Shown here: positions 63,332-64,000 of the stretch, one piece after another
How positions within the stretch are numbered: the first letter of the stretch is position 1
Layout of the letters: each line of letters starts with the position of its first letter
Source: an uncultured Acidimicrobiaceae bacterium
GTDB lineage: Bacteria; Actinomycetota; Acidimicrobiia; Acidimicrobiales; Ilumatobacteraceae
Length of the DNA: 64,000 nucleotides
NCBI GenBank assembly: GCA_937897105.1
Contig: CALCBR010000043.1
Coordinates: forward strand, 6,021 to 70,020
Reading direction: 5' to 3'
Translations under genes and position numbers: made by a program
The notes under the pieces: model-generated
What the model was told of the DNA's origin: nothing
The model's input: the letters and a program-made list of their open reading frames with translations, nothing else
Database searches by the model: none

Positions 63332-64000
63332 GCACGCTGCTTTCTTGCCGCTTTGCGTTCACGAAGTTGCCCGATGCTGTTCGTAATGACGGAGATCGCT
63401 CGATCGATATCTGCAGATGAGGACGTGTGACCAAGTGAGAGTCGAAGCGCTCCACGTCGGAGGTCATCTGAGAGGCCAAGGGCAGACAAGACATGAGATG
63501 ACTCCATCGCTCCGCTTGCGCATGCCGAGGCAGCGCTTGCGTACACATCAGCCTCGTCAAGCATGAACAGCAGAGCTTCGCTATCAAGGTCGTTCACGCA
63601 GATATGGGCAATTCCAGGAACGGTGCGCAATCGGGGCACTGTCTCGGTCACGCCGTCAATTGCTGTAAGCGCGTCGAGCAGTTCGTCACGTAGCGATGTC
63701 ACCCGTTGCGACGCGTTGACTCGTTGACTACCGGTGATGTGAAGCGCAGTTGCTGTTCCCACTGCGCCGGCGACATCGATCGTTCCCGAGCGACGCCCTC
63801 GTTCTTGTCCCCCACCACGCATCAGCGGTTCTGGTGTCACTCCGTTACTGACCACCGTGATACCCACTCCTTTGGGTCCACCAAATTTGTGGGCGCTCAA
63901 CGAAAGGAGGTCGACATGTGGTGTCAATTCTGAAAGGTCGACCCAACATGCTGCTTGCACGGCGTCGGTGTGGAGCCATGCATTGGGAGCATGGGCGCGA
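63328..64000 (-). CDS. Cysteine desulfurase (class V aminotransferase), 5'-truncated by window edge
   Basis: PLP-Lys motif SAHKFGGPKGVG. The frame stays open to the window end beyond the track's ATG at 63960. Confidence 0.88.
   Translation of the reverse strand, partial: RAHAPNAWLHTDAVQAACWVDLSELTPHVDLLSLSAHKFGGPKGVGITVVSNGVTPEPLMRGGGQERGRRSGTIDVAGAVGTATALHITGSQRVNASQRVTSLRDELLDALTAIDGVTETVPRLRTVPGIAHICVNDLDSEALLFMLDEADVYASAASACASGAMESSHVLSALGLSDDLRRGALRLSLGHTSSSADIDRAISVITNSIGQLRERKAARKQRA

Overview
This is a gene-dense window of about 60 CDS, many with 4-bp start/stop overlaps, and moderately high GC (roughly 58-60% by eye).

Content and gene order look actinobacterial. Supporting signs are gltX followed by tRNA-Gln and tRNA-Glu, leuB-ilvE, leuCD, leuA, serA, ligA with mnmA and a cysteine desulfurase, PASTA-domain proteins, many lipobox lipoproteins, and -10 boxes about 7 nt from start codons, which suggests leaderless mRNAs. 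The taxon call is inference.

Most of the window is housekeeping:
- Aminoacyl-tRNA synthetases: leuS (5'-truncated by the window edge), glnS and gltX.
- Branched-chain amino acid biosynthesis: cimA, ilvE, leuB, leuC, leuD and leuA.
- modABC, pyrF, serA, greA, ligA and mnmA.
- A loose CoA-thioester cluster with three AMP-ligases, a crotonase, a MaoC-like double hotdog protein, an acyl-CoA dehydrogenase and SDRs.

The non-routine observations are:
1. Two 12-codon candidate leader peptides with the same layout. An Ile-rich one (MIHHIAAGIIIC) lies upstream of the citramalate synthase gene cimA, and a Leu-rich one (MEQNLRSLLLLM) lies upstream of leuA. Each has a promoter-like element 7 nt upstream and is followed by GC hairpins and U-tracts.
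2. A 106-bp imperfect direct repeat derived from the 3' half of tRNA-Glu plus its downstream terminator. It brackets a single Ltp-like gene (DUF2510, TM helix, four Ltp repeats). This looks like a decayed tRNA-targeted island with no integrase.
3. A PknB-like, four-PASTA membrane protein in which nearly all catalytic kinase residues are substituted, so it is a predicted pseudokinase.
4. A membrane-anchored J-domain protein with a PASTA-like module on the predicted cytoplasmic side.
5. A bona fide GlnRS in an otherwise actinobacterial context.
6. A cluster of three DnaA-box-like 9-mers in one orientation.

I found no CRISPR array, transposase, integrase or recognisable defence operon.

All coordinates, motif positions and identity counts were worked out by hand from the sequence and the ORF track. 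No database search or RNA folding was run.
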